Numbered from the stretch's first letter, positions 38,935 to 48,800 are shown. The stretch: 64,000 nucleotides of DNA from an uncultured Clostridia bacterium (GCA_944390535.1 CALXQV010000015.1:9070-73069), one strand, 5' to 3'. Program-made: numbers and translations. The notes: generated from the sequence alone by a model not told the origin.

Positions 38935-39804
38935 ATAGAAGAATTAGAAAAGAAAAAGTATTGGATATGGTTATCTAATATTCAAGGATTAGGAAGTAGA
39001 AGGAAACAAATATTATTAAATAGGTATAAAACCCCTGAAAAAATATATACTTTAAAGAAAGAAGAAATTTTACAGATAAATGGTTTTAATGAGAACTTAG
39101 CAGAAAGTATTATTTGTGAAGAAAACAGACAGAATATAGAAAGGCAAATAGGATTTTTACAAAAGGAAAACATAAAAGTCATTACAATACAAGATAAAGA
39201 ATATCCTAAAATTTTAAAAACTATTTATGATTATCCCATTAGCATATATGTGAAAGGAAATGAAAAAATCCTCAATATGCCATCTATTGCAATTGTGGGG
39301 TGTAGACAGGCAAGTACTTATGGAAAAAAAGTAGCACAATATTTTTCTTATTATTTATCTAAAAAAGGTATGGCTATTATAAGTGGATTAGCCAAAGGGA
39401 TTGATAGTCAAGCACATATAGGAGCTATGAAAGCAAAAGGAATCACAATAGGGGTGATAGGAAGTGGATTAGATATGGTGTACCCTAAAGGAAACCAATA
39501 TTTATATGATAGTATTATAAAAGAAAATGGTGCGATTATATCAGAATATCCCCTAGGAATGAATCCTTTAAAAATGAATTTTCCAGCAAGAAATAGGATA
39601 ATTAGCGGAATGAGTAAAGGTGTGTTAGTGATTGAAGCGAAAAAGAAAAGTGGGACACTATTAACGGTAGATTTTGCATTAGAACAGGGACGAAATGTAT
39701 ATGTAGTGCCAGGAAATATTGATGAAATCAATTCAGTAGGTACGAATGATTTAATTAAGCAAGGAGCACAAATGGTAACTAGTTATAGAGATATTGAAAT
39801 ATAA
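38935..39804 (+). CDS. dprA: DNA-processing protein DprA (Smf), apparently with a non-ATG (ATA) start
   Basis: Rossmann core (AIVGCR..GLAKGIDS..PARNRIISG) preceded in frame by about 105 codons of typical DprA N-domain with no ATG/GTG/TTG; AGGAGG at 38922-38927. Confidence 0.75.
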   Translation: MEELEKKKYWIWLSNIQGLGSRRKQILLNRYKTPEKIYTLKKEEILQINGFNENLAESIICEENRQNIERQIGFLQKENIKVITIQDKEYPKILKTIYDYPISIYVKGNEKILNMPSIAIVGCRQASTYGKKVAQYFSYYLSKKGMAIISGLAKGIDSQAHIGAMKAKGITIGVIGSGLDMVYPKGNQYLYDSIIKENGAIISEYPLGMNPLKMNFPARNRIISGMSKGVLVIEAKKKSGTLLTVDFALEQGRNVYVVPGNIDEINSVGTNDLIKQGAQMVTSYRDIEI

Positions 39805-39856
39805 ATCAAAATACTGTATAGTGAATCTAAGCCTGAACAGTAACTAGGTTTTTTTA

Positions 39857-39896
39857 AAGTTCAAGAGAAATTCACAAAGTTCAAGAGAAATTCACA
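39857..39896. repeat. perfect 20-bp tandem duplication
   Basis: AAGTTCAAGAGAAATTCACA x2. Confidence 0.85.
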
Positions 39897-39962
39897 AACC
39901 GTATATTTACTTATCATATTGAGAATGATATAATAGTAAAAATATAAAAACAGGAGAGAAAG

Positions 39963-40637
39963 ATGACAAGAGTAAAGTTAAAAGATAGAATATTACCACA
40001 ATATACAAAAGGTGAAGAAATATTTAATATGACATCTCATATTGTAGGTGCAGTTTTAGGAATTGTAGCGATTGTTTTATGTATTGTTTTTGCAGCCATT
40101 CATGGAAATGGATATGGTGTTGTGAGTGCAGCTATCTATGGTGTAACGATGGTTATATTGTATACAATGTCTAGCATTTATCATGGATTAAGTCCTAAAA
40201 GATATTCTAAAAGAGTTTTTCAAGTATTAGACCATTGTTCTATATTTTTATTAATTGCTGGTTCATATACTCCATTTGCATTATGCACATTAAGAGAATA
40301 TAATACAGCAACAGGATGGACAATATTTGGTATTATATGGGCAATGGCTATATTAGGAATCGTATTAAATTCTATTGATATCAAAAAATATAAAAAGTTT
40401 TCAATGATATGTTATCTAGTTATGGGATGGTGTATTGTTGTAAAAATTAATTTATTACCACAATTATTAGGAATAGCAGGATTTAGTCTATTACTAGCAG
40501 GTGGAATTGCGTATTCAATAGGTGCTATTCTATATGGCGTTGGAAAAAAACATAAATGGATGCACTCTGTTTTTCATATGTTTATTTTATTAGGTAGCAT
40601 TTTACAATTTTTTTGCATATTATTATATGTAATGTAA
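39963..40637 (+). CDS. hemolysin III / PAQR-family membrane protein
   Basis: 7 TM helices; SSIYHG and DHCSIFLLIAGSYTPF motifs. Confidence 0.9.
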   Translation: MTRVKLKDRILPQYTKGEEIFNMTSHIVGAVLGIVAIVLCIVFAAIHGNGYGVVSAAIYGVTMVILYTMSSIYHGLSPKRYSKRVFQVLDHCSIFLLIAGSYTPFALCTLREYNTATGWTIFGIIWAMAILGIVLNSIDIKKYKKFSMICYLVMGWCIVVKINLLPQLLGIAGFSLLLAGGIAYSIGAILYGVGKKHKWMHSVFHMFILLGSILQFFCILLYVM

Positions 40638-40887
40638 ATTTAGAAAAGCGATTTTACTATATAATTTTATTACTTAAATATGTATAATTAAGACAATATA
40701 ACCTTGTTGTATATGTAAAAAACAGAAGGTTTTAAACCTTCTGTGACCCATAAATATACATTCATTTTACCATAAAAAGATAGAAAAATCAAATGATGAA
40801 AATGGAAAGAAAAAGAGCATACAAATGAAAAAAAGAGATAATATTATATAAAGAAAGAAAAGATAAATTTTAAAAAGAAAAATAGAT

Positions 40888-40916
40888 TTGTAAAACAATT
40901 TTAAATGTGTTAATAT
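40888..40916 (+). promoter_or_regulatory. strong sigma-A promoter with extended -10
   Basis: TTGTAA, 17 nt ending TGT, TAATAT. Confidence 0.55.
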
Positions 40917-40922
40917 ATAAAT

Positions 40923-41132
40923 AATCTAATAAGAATGACAAAAATCCCTGCGTAGTACGTAAGAGCATAATTTTTAGAACCAACAAATTTTAAGAGGGGC
41001 CGATCTCATAAATATGGCGTGCATGCTCACAATATAGTGAGAAGCCCATGAGTATTTAGGTAGGCACCCACCTGTTTTTAGGAGCAGGTCCTTAAAAATT
41101 AAAAAGCTGACGGCTAAGGCGGGGCTTTTTTT
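40923..41132 (+). ncRNA. ssrS: structured small RNA, 6S-RNA-like (long irregular closing helix plus central bubble)
   Basis: 5' CCCUGCGUAGUACGUAAGAGCAUAAUUUUUAGAACC pairs irregularly with 3' GGUCCUUAAAAAUUAAAAAGCUGACGGCUAAGGCGGGG; internal CUCAU/AUGAG and CUCAC/GUGAG stems; promoter before, T7 after; GC-rich island in AT-rich DNA. Confidence 0.45.
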
Positions 41133-41236
41133 ATTGAATAGGAAACACTATGAAACTTTAAGTTACGCAACTCAAAGTGAAAATAAATATTTCATATTTT
41201 CAAAAGAAAAATCGTTTTTCCTATTCAATAAAAAAA
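41126..41236. repeat. hairpin element with perfect 20-bp inverted repeats
   Basis: TTTTTTTATTGAATAGGAAA (41126-41145) and its reverse complement (41217-41236); a further imperfect foldback follows at about 41273-41357. Confidence 0.6.
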
Positions 41237-41541
41237 CGTTACACAGAAAAATTGCATAGCAATTTTTTACGCCGACTGATCTTTACGCTTCTTTGAGAAC
41301 TTAAAAATATATAGTTAAATTTAAAAAAGTAGAAAAAGTTCTCGCGAAGCGAAATTTGTCTTGGCATAATAGAATGGGAGATGAAATAGTATAGTTTTCA
41401 TATCATAAAAAAGAATAGAAAGATAATTTCTTGCTATTTTTATGTAAATAGTATAAAATAAACAAAAATAAACTATTTTTTGTAGAAAAAAACTTGCATT
41501 TTAAATGAGTATAAAAGCCAAAAAGAAAGAAGGTGTGTCAT

Positions 41542-42387
41542 ATGACAATTAAGCAAGCCATCATAAAAGGGGTCACGATATTAAAACTAGAAAAAATAAC
41601 AACACCAAAATTAAAAGCAAGATTACTATTACAATATGTGTTAAAAAAACCGAGACAATATTTAATTGTATATGATAATCAAAAATTAACAGACAAGCAA
41701 GAACAAGAATACCTAAAATATATAAAGTTATTAACACAAGGTGAACCAATAGAACATATGACACATCATAAAGAATTTATGAAACTAAATTTTTATGTAG
41801 ATGAAAATGTATTAATACCAAGGCAAGATACAGAAATATTAGTAGAAGAAGTAATAAAAATAGCAAAAAAAACAAAAGCAAAGAAAATATTAGATTTATG
41901 TACAGGAAGTGGAGCAATTGCAGTTTCTTTAGCAAAATATCTAGGAAATGTAGAGTTAACAGCTTTAGATATTAGTGGTAAGGCGTTAGATATTGCTATT
42001 GCTAATGCAAAAAACAATCATGTACAAGATAAAATTACATTTGTGGAATCAGACCTTTTTCAAGATTTAGGGCCAGAAAAATATGATATGATTGTTTCTA
42101 ATCCGCCATATATCAAAAGAAAAGAATTAGAAACATTAGATAGAGAAGTAAAAAGAGAACCAAGGATAGCATTAGATGGGGGAGAAGATGGTCTGGATTT
42201 TTATAGAAAAATGATTGATAGAAGTTATGAATATTTAAAATATGGTGGATATCTTTGCTTAGAAATTGGATATGACCAAAAAGAAGCTGTGATGCAACTA
42301 ATAGAAGATAGAAAGCAATATAAAGGAACATATTGTAAAAAAGATTTATATGATAATAATCGAGTAATTGTAACAAGATTAAGATAA
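41542..42387 (+). CDS. prmC: release-factor glutamine methyltransferase
   Basis: NPPY motif, LDLCTGSG SAM-binding motif. Confidence 0.9.
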   Translation: MTIKQAIIKGVTILKLEKITTPKLKARLLLQYVLKKPRQYLIVYDNQKLTDKQEQEYLKYIKLLTQGEPIEHMTHHKEFMKLNFYVDENVLIPRQDTEILVEEVIKIAKKTKAKKILDLCTGSGAIAVSLAKYLGNVELTALDISGKALDIAIANAKNNHVQDKITFVESDLFQDLGPEKYDMIVSNPPYIKRKELETLDREVKREPRIALDGGEDGLDFYRKMIDRSYEYLKYGGYLCLEIGYDQKEAVMQLIEDRKQYKGTYCKKDLYDNNRVIVTRLR

Positions 42388-42430
42388 GCAGATACCAGGA
42401 GGGATTTTGACTATCGAAGGGGAGGAAAAT

Positions 42431-43318
42431 ATGTCTTTTTCATCAGATATAAAACAGGAATTAAATAAAACAAATAGTTTAGCAAACAAGGAAAATGTAA
42501 AATTTGAATTTATGGGATATTGTATCTCTGGAAATACAGATTTGATAAAAGGAAAAAATATTCGATTTTCAACAGAAAGTGATTATAATATTAATCGTTT
42601 TTCCAAATTACTATCTAATTTAGAAATCAACCATGACATAGATGTTAATGGGAAAACATTTCATATTGTTACCAAAGCATTAGATATACAAAAGTTAGCA
42701 TATTTAGAGATAAAAGAAAATGAAATATACGTAAAAGAAATCATAAAAGAAGTAAAAGATGATGAGCAAAAAAGAGCATTTATTAGGGGAACTTTTTTAG
42801 GGGGAGGATCTATAAATAATCCAGAGAACTCTTATCATTTAGAGATAGTATTATCAAATGAAAAGAACCTAACCCAATTGCAAGAAATATTACGAGAATT
42901 TGAGGTCAATACAAAAGAACTAAAAACAAAAAAACGATATGCTGTTTATATCAAAGAAGGAGAAGAAATTTCAAAATTTTTAGCATTGATTGGAGCTAAT
43001 AAAGCTGTATTACAATTTGAAGATATTAGAATCCAAAAAGAGATGAGGGGAAAAGTTAACCGAATTGTGAATTGCGAAGCAGCAAACCTAAATAAAACCA
43101 TCAATGCGGCAATAGAGCAAATAGAAGCAATAAAAAAATTGCAAGCAGATGGTAGGTTTCATAAATTAGATGACAATTTAAAAGAAATCGCTATTTTGAG
43201 ATTAGAAAATCCAGATATTTCATTGTTAGAATTAGGAAAATTATTAAAAGAACCAGTAGGAAAATCAGGAGTAAATTATAGATTAAAAAAAATAATGGAG
43301 ATAGCAAATGGAAAATAA
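42431..43318 (+). CDS. whiA: DNA-binding protein WhiA
   Basis: MSFSSDIKQEL start, LAGLIDADG-like middle, C-terminal HTH (GKSGVNYRLKKI). Confidence 0.9.
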   Translation: MSFSSDIKQELNKTNSLANKENVKFEFMGYCISGNTDLIKGKNIRFSTESDYNINRFSKLLSNLEINHDIDVNGKTFHIVTKALDIQKLAYLEIKENEIYVKEIIKEVKDDEQKRAFIRGTFLGGGSINNPENSYHLEIVLSNEKNLTQLQEILREFEVNTKELKTKKRYAVYIKEGEEISKFLALIGANKAVLQFEDIRIQKEMRGKVNRIVNCEAANLNKTINAAIEQIEAIKKLQADGRFHKLDDNLKEIAILRLENPDISLLELGKLLKEPVGKSGVNYRLKKIMEIANGK

Positions 43319-44561
43319 AGAATTAGGAATTTATATACATATACCATTTTGCAAACATAAATGTGATTATTGTGATTTTGTGTCATTTTCAGATAAACAA
43401 TCATGTATAGAAAAATATATAGAGGCTGTAAAAAAGGAAATAAATAACTATTTCCAAGATGAACAATTTTTACAAACATATACAGTCACCACTATATATA
43501 TTGGTGGGGGAACACCATCATATATAAATAGTAGATATATTTTTGAGATAATGAAAGTATTGGAAAATAATTTGAAAAACAATATGGTAAAAATGGAAGA
43601 TATGGAAATAACGATAGAAGTCAATCCAGGGACAGTCAATAAAGAAAAATTAGAACAGTATAGAAAAGCGAAAATCAATCGATTAAGTATTGGGTTACAA
43701 AGTGCCAGTAATACTATATTAAAACAAATAGGAAGGATTCATACATTTGAGCAATTTTTAGAAACATACAAAATGGCAAAAGAAGTAGGATTTAAGAATA
43801 TCAATGTAGATTTAATGATAGGGCTACCAAACCAAACAATAGAAGATATAAAAATAAGTTTAAAAGAAGTGATACAATTACATCCAACTCACATGAGTGT
43901 ATATTCTTTGATTGTGGAAGAAGGAACGCTGATAGCACAAAAAATAGAAAATGGTCAGTTAAAAGAAATGGATGAAATTTTAGAACGAAATATGTATTGG
44001 TATGTTAAAAATACATTGGAATTAAATGGATATACACATTATGAAATCTCTAATTTTGCAAAAAAAGGAAAAGAATCAAAACATAATCAAAATTGTTGGA
44101 AACAAAAAGAATATATTGGGATTGGTCTAGCTGCCCATTCATATTTGAATTATGTGAGGTATAGCAATACTTTAGAAATAGACCAATATATTGCTCAAAT
44201 GAATACACTAAATGAACAAGTTGTAAAAGATATATTAGCATTAGTGGAAGAAAAAGACATGCTAGAAAAAATGGATATAAAAGAAAATCTAATGTGTCAG
44301 ATAGAAAAAGTATATGAAATAGAAGAAATACAAAATATAGAAGATAGAAAAAAAGAATACATCTTATTAGGATTGAGAACAATAGAAGGAGTATCAATAT
44401 CTAAATTTAAAGAAAAATATATCGATAATCCTATATTTTTATATAGAAAAGAATTAGAAAAATTAGTGGAAGAAAAATTAGTTATAATAGATGGGGATTA
44501 TATAAGACTTACTAATAAAGGATTAGATTTGGCCAATCTAGTTTGGGAAGAATTTATATGA
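43308..44561 (+). CDS. hemW: radical-SAM heme chaperone HemW (HemN-like)
   Basis: IHIPFCKHKCDYCDF CxxxCxxC motif; GGGTPS. Confidence 0.85.
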   Translation: MENKELGIYIHIPFCKHKCDYCDFVSFSDKQSCIEKYIEAVKKEINNYFQDEQFLQTYTVTTIYIGGGTPSYINSRYIFEIMKVLENNLKNNMVKMEDMEITIEVNPGTVNKEKLEQYRKAKINRLSIGLQSASNTILKQIGRIHTFEQFLETYKMAKEVGFKNINVDLMIGLPNQTIEDIKISLKEVIQLHPTHMSVYSLIVEEGTLIAQKIENGQLKEMDEILERNMYWYVKNTLELNGYTHYEISNFAKKGKESKHNQNCWKQKEYIGIGLAAHSYLNYVRYSNTLEIDQYIAQMNTLNEQVVKDILALVEEKDMLEKMDIKENLMCQIEKVYEIEEIQNIEDRKKEYILLGLRTIEGVSISKFKEKYIDNPIFLYRKELEKLVEEKLVIIDGDYIRLTNKGLDLANLVWEEFI

Positions 44562-44640
44562 ACTTGAGGGACAGTCCTTAAAGTTCACTAATAAAAACAT
44601 ATATTAAAGGCATGAACTTTAAGGACTGTCCCTTAAGTTC
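44560..44640. repeat. pair of 27-bp hairpin units in inverted orientation (family B, locus 3)
   Basis: GAACTTGAGGGACAGTCCTTAAAGTTC (44560-44586) and GAACTTTAAGGACTGTCCCTTAAGTTC (44614-44640); the hemW TGA overlaps unit 1. Confidence 0.85.
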
Positions 44641-44656
44641 ATATGAAAGGGGCAAA

Positions 44657-45274
44657 ATGATAAAAAATATAATTTTTGATTTAGGAAATGTTATTATAAA
44701 TTATAACCAAGAGAAAATTATTAGCAATTTTACAGATAAAGAAGATGAAATGAAATATATATTTGATGAAATATTTAATAGTCCAGAATGGGTTTTAATG
44801 GATTTAGGAGATATTTCTAATGATGTAGCTATGAAAGTAATTAATAAGAGAAATAAATATAAATATGAAAAACTGACCCAAGACTTTTTAAATGAGTGGT
44901 ATAAAAAACAGTTTATCAATAGAGAGATTGTGGAGATAGCAAAAACATTAAAAAATAATGGATATAGGATTTTTGTTTTATCAAATATGGCGAATTGGAC
45001 ATATGACTATTTTAAAAATGATGAATTCTTTTCTTTATGCACAGGAATTGTTATTTCTGCACATGAACATATAAAAAAGCCAGATAGAAGAGTGTATAGA
45101 TTACTTTTAGATAGATATAATTTAAATCCAGAAGAGTGTTTATTTATAGATGACGATAAGTCTGGCGAAAATTATGAAACAGCCAATAGAATAGGTATAA
45201 AAGGTAGAAAAATCATACCAAATCAAGCAGAAGATGTGAAAAAATTATTATTAGAATTTAATATAAAAATATAA
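44657..45274 (+). CDS. HAD-superfamily hydrolase, paralog of 37180-37797
   Basis: MIKNIIFDLGNVII start identical to the paralog; LSNM, FIDDD motifs. Confidence 0.8.
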   Translation: MIKNIIFDLGNVIINYNQEKIISNFTDKEDEMKYIFDEIFNSPEWVLMDLGDISNDVAMKVINKRNKYKYEKLTQDFLNEWYKKQFINREIVEIAKTLKNNGYRIFVLSNMANWTYDYFKNDEFFSLCTGIVISAHEHIKKPDRRVYRLLLDRYNLNPEECLFIDDDKSGENYETANRIGIKGRKIIPNQAEDVKKLLLEFNIKI

Positions 45275-45355
45275 AGTACATAAATGGCAGGTAATTTTAT
45301 ATTAAAGAAATATCTAACGAAAATAAGAGCAGAATATAAAAAATCAAAAAAATAC

Positions 45356-45519
45356 TTGACAAAAAGCGAATAAATATGATAAGATATTAAACGTTACAAG
45401 AAGAAGTCAAACTTCTCACCTTATCCAATAGAGGAAAAAGGTTGGAAATTAAATATGATTAGCAGATTAAATGCTGGTTTTATTTTGGATTTGACTTGTA
45501 ACAAAAGTCAAATTTTTTT
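45356..45519 (+). promoter_or_regulatory. infC operon promoter plus L20-leader-type attenuator
   Basis: TTGACA-N18-(TGA)TAAGAT; long-range pairing GUUACAAG..GUCAAA with UUUGAC UUGUAAC; terminator hairpin TTGACTT/AAGTCAA (45490-45510) plus T-run. Confidence 0.55.
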
Positions 45520-45538
45520 ATTATTGGAGGTGTTTTGT

Positions 45539-46054
45539 ATAAAACAAGAATTACCAATTAATGGTCAAATAAGAGCAAGAGAAGTTCAATTAATAGGAGA
45601 TAGCGGAGAAAAAATAGGTGTTATTTCTTTAAATGAAGCTTTAGAAAAAGCAGAAGAAAAAAACTTAGACTTGGTTTTGGTTGCTCCAAATGCAAATCCA
45701 CCAGTTTGTAAGATTATGAACTATGGAAAATATAAATTTGAGCAAGCTAAAAAAGAAAAAGAAGCTAAGAAAAAACAAAAAAGTTTTGAAGTTAAAGAAA
45801 TAAGGGTAACTCCTAATATTGAAGAACATGACTTTAGTTTCAAATCAAAAAATGCGAAAAAATTTATACAAGATGGAAACAAAGTAAAAATAACAGTTAG
45901 ATTTAGAGGAAGAGAAGTAAACAATTCAAAAGCAGGTGAAGTAGTATTAAATAAATTCATAGAAGATATGAGTGATGTTGCAGTAGTAGAAAAGGCACCA
46001 AAGCTTGAAGGTAGAAACATGTTTACCATTCTTGCTAAAAAAACTGAAAAATAA
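45539..46054 (+). CDS. infC: translation initiation factor IF-3, ATA start
   Basis: GGAGG 8 nt before in-frame ATA 45539; IKQELPINGQIRAREV... full IF-3; a non-AUG start is the conserved autoregulatory feature of infC. Confidence 0.9.
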   Translation: MKQELPINGQIRAREVQLIGDSGEKIGVISLNEALEKAEEKNLDLVLVAPNANPPVCKIMNYGKYKFEQAKKEKEAKKKQKSFEVKEIRVTPNIEEHDFSFKSKNAKKFIQDGNKVKITVRFRGREVNNSKAGEVVLNKFIEDMSDVAVVEKAPKLEGRNMFTILAKKTEK

Positions 46055-46076
46055 AAAATAGGAAGGAGAATGACTT

Positions 46077-46280
46077 ATGCCAAAATTAAAAACAAATAAA
46101 GCTGCAAAGAAAAGATATTCTTTAACAGCTACAGGAAAAGTAAAAAGAACAAAATCAAACAGAAGACACTTATTAGCAAACAAAACAAAAAGACAAAAAA
46201 AATCAGGAAAAATTCAAAATGCTTATGCAGATAAAACATGTATGAATACAATCAAAAAATTATTACCATATGGTAATTAA
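46077..46280 (+). CDS. rpmI: 50S ribosomal protein L35
   Basis: MPKLKTNKAAKKR start. Confidence 0.95.
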   Translation: MPKLKTNKAAKKRYSLTATGKVKRTKSNRRHLLANKTKRQKKSGKIQNAYADKTCMNTIKKLLPYGN

Positions 46281-46314
46281 TCTGTAAAATTAGTAAATAA
46301 GGAAGGTGATAGAT

Positions 46315-46665
46315 ATGGCAAGAGTAAAAACAGCAAGAACAACAAGAGCAAGACATAAAAAAATATTAAAACAAGCCAAAGGATATTTTGGAGCAAAACA
46401 CTATAGATTTAGAAATGCAAATCAAGCAGTTATGAAATCTTTATCATATGCATATGTAGGAAGAAAAGATAAAAAAAGTAATTTTAGAAAACTATGGATT
46501 GCAAGAATTAATGCAGCAGCAAGAATGAATGGAACAACATATAGTAGATTAATTGCAGGATTAAAAAAAGCAAATGTAACAATTAATAGAAAAATGTTAG
46601 CAGATATTGCTGTAACAGATCCAAAAGCATTTACAGAAATTGCTGAAATTGCAAAAAAAGCATAG
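46315..46665 (+). CDS. rplT: 50S ribosomal protein L20
   Basis: [26 protein letters not shown] start. Confidence 0.95.
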   Translation: MARVKTARTTRARHKKILKQAKGYFGAKHYRFRNANQAVMKSLSYAYVGRKDKKSNFRKLWIARINAAARMNGTTYSRLIAGLKKANVTINRKMLADIAVTDPKAFTEIAEIAKKA

Positions 46666-46666
46666 A

Positions 46667-46709
46667 AAAAATAGAGTTATTTTATGAAAGTAAAGTAACT
46701 CTATTTTTG
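46667..46709 (+). terminator. rplT terminator
   Basis: ATAGAGTTA / TAACTCTAT stem followed by TTTTGC. Confidence 0.75.
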
Positions 46710-46776
46710 CATGATGTTTAATATATCATACAAAATCTATCATGTTTATATAGTATATAATATGTTGGATTTTGTA

Positions 46777-47193
46777 TTATATATTAAACGAAAAAATTAT
46801 TGTTTTTTCATTTTTGGTTTTGAAATTAAAGAAGCTAAATAACCAAAAAAGATAGCAGCAGCAATTCCGACCAGCGGCAGCTTTTACGCCACCAGTAAAA
46901 GCACCGATAAATCCGATATTTTTTACTTCTTCAATAGCTCCCTTGGCCAAGTTATAACCAAATCCTGTTAAAGGCACAGTTGCACCAGCTCCAGCAAAAT
47001 CTACTAAATGCTGATAGATACCCAATCCGCCTAAAACAACACCTAAAGTAACAAAAATGACTAAAATTCTAGCAGGAGTTAATTTGGTTTTGTCAATTAA
47101 AATTTGACCAACAATACAAATTAAGCCACCAACGATAAAACATTTTAGAAGGGTAGACCATTCGAAAACAGAACCCCAATCAACTTCATTCAT
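46777..47193 (-). pseudogene. spoVAE: stage V sporulation protein AE (SpoVAEb-like) with a frameshifted C-terminus
   Basis: Normal sequence up to ...GAFTGGVKAAAG, then an aberrant tail; removing one base at plus-strand 46869 gives GGIAAAIFFGYLASLISKPKMKKQ* ending at 46797. Confidence 0.75.
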
Positions 47194-47285
47194 AAAATTC
47201 ATTCCTTTCACTAGGTTAAAAATATAAAAGTGGTTAAATAAAAGTTACCTGATATGGATTTTTAAAAACACCATATAAGGAAATG

Positions 47286-48300
47286 TTATAAATTTTCAAT
47301 ACTAATCGCATGAGCAATACCAGGAATAGATTCACCTTGTTGAGAACTAGTAGAATTCATTAAGGCACCTGTTGCAATTAATAAAATTCTTTTCATCTTC
47401 CTATCTTTTAATTGTCTGAAAAAATATCCAGAAAATACAGTTCCGCAACAGGCACAACCACTACCGCCACTATGGGTATCTTGTGTTTCTTTATCAAAAA
47501 TCAATACACCGCAATCATTATAATTGCTTTTAATGTTATAACCATTTGCTTTTAGAAGGTCAATGGCAATTTCTTTTCCCACATAACCCAAATCGCCACT
47601 AATGATAGCATCATAGTAATTAGGACTTCTTCCTGTATCGATAAAATGGGTAGTTAATGTATCAGCAAAACTAGGAGCCATAGCAGCACCCATGTTATTT
47701 CCATCTTTAATTCCCATATCAATAATTTTTCCAGGTGTAATATGTGTAATATAGGGACCAGATCCATTTTTAGAAATGATTGCACTTCCAGAACCAGTAA
47801 CAGTCCATTGGCTAGTTTGAGGTCGTTGATTTCCCAATTCTAGTGGGAATCGAAATTGTTTTTCAGCACTACAAAAGTGACTAGAAGTCGCACATAAAAC
47901 GTAATTTGCAAAACTTTCTGCACAAATAGCACCTAATGTTAAAGATTCTACGAACGTTGAACAAGCACCAAAAACACCAAAAAAGGGAATGTTTAGTTCT
48001 CTTAAACCAAAGCTAGAAGAAATACATTGATTTAATAAATCTCCTGCAAACATACAATCAATATCACTTGCTGAGATACCGTGCTTTTTGGATAACCATA
48101 TTAACAGTTTCTTTAATGATTTTGCTTTCTGCTTTTTCCCAAGTTTTTTCTCCCCAAAACTCATCATCTAAAGTTTGGTCAAAATATTTAGCCAAAGGTC
48201 CTTCAGCTTCTTTTGGCCCTACAATAGAAGCACATTCTAAAATAGTAGGAGGAGTAGTAAACTTAAAGGTTTGTTTTCCTAACTTTTCCAAAACATTCAA
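47286..48300 (-). pseudogene. spoVAD: stage V sporulation protein AD, split by a frameshift near 48081
   Basis: 78-aa N-part (GKQTFKF..IVGPKEAEGPL) and 293-aa C-part (..DIDCMFAGDLLNQ..FGACST) lie in overlapping frames. Confidence 0.8.
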
Positions 48301-48332
48301 CTCCTTTCAAATAAATGTGAACTTAAGTTCGT

Positions 48333-48800
48333 TTAAACTAAAGTAATATTTTGTGTATTAAAGATTAAATAAATAATACCAACTAATATAGAAGCTGAAA
48401 TACCAAATACTAAGACAGGTCCAGCGACAGTAAACATTTTTCCTCCAACACCCATGACATATCCTTCTGATTTATATTCCATGGCAGGAGAGACAATTGA
48501 GTTTGCAAATCCAGTAATAGGAATTAAAGAACCAGCACCTGCAAATTTTCCAATCTTATTAAAAATGTTTAATCCAGTAAGAAAAGCGGATAAACCGATT
48601 AATAAAATGGAAACAATTGTGCCAGAAATTTGTGTATCAAACCCTCTATCTTTGCAAATATTAAGAATAATCTGTCCGATTGTACAAATGAGACCACCTA
48701 CCCAAAAAGCATTAAAGCAATTTTTTAGAATGGGTGAATTAGGAGACTTTTTATCTACATAATCCTGATATGTTTTTTTTGTTTCTGTTGGATTTTCCAT
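48333..48800 (-). CDS. spoVAC: stage V sporulation protein AC
   Basis: KSPNSPILKNCFNAFWVGGLICTIGQ signature; 4 TM helices. Confidence 0.9.
   Translation of the reverse strand: MENPTETKKTYQDYVDKKSPNSPILKNCFNAFWVGGLICTIGQIILNICKDRGFDTQISGTIVSILLIGLSAFLTGLNIFNKIGKFAGAGSLIPITGFANSIVSPAMEYKSEGYVMGVGGKMFTVAGPVLVFGISASILVGIIYLIFNTQNITLV

Noticed and set aside
40722-40744. Hairpin ACAGAAGGTTT/AAACCTTCTGT with its T-run only on the minus strand, considered as the end of a minus-strand sRNA
   Set aside because: No minus-strand promoter or gene lies to its right. It is more simply a weak or bidirectional terminator downstream of the hemolysin-III gene.
40923-41132. Alternative identities for the structured RNA: SRP RNA, tmRNA, RNase P RNA, riboswitch or T-box
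   Set aside because: It lacks the SRP domain IV motif (GGAA..AGCA), the tmRNA tRNA-like ends and tag ORF, the RNase P GAGGAAAGUCC motif and the T-box sequence. It is also 400 bp from the next gene, with repeats in between. Minus-strand transcription lacks a convincing promoter.
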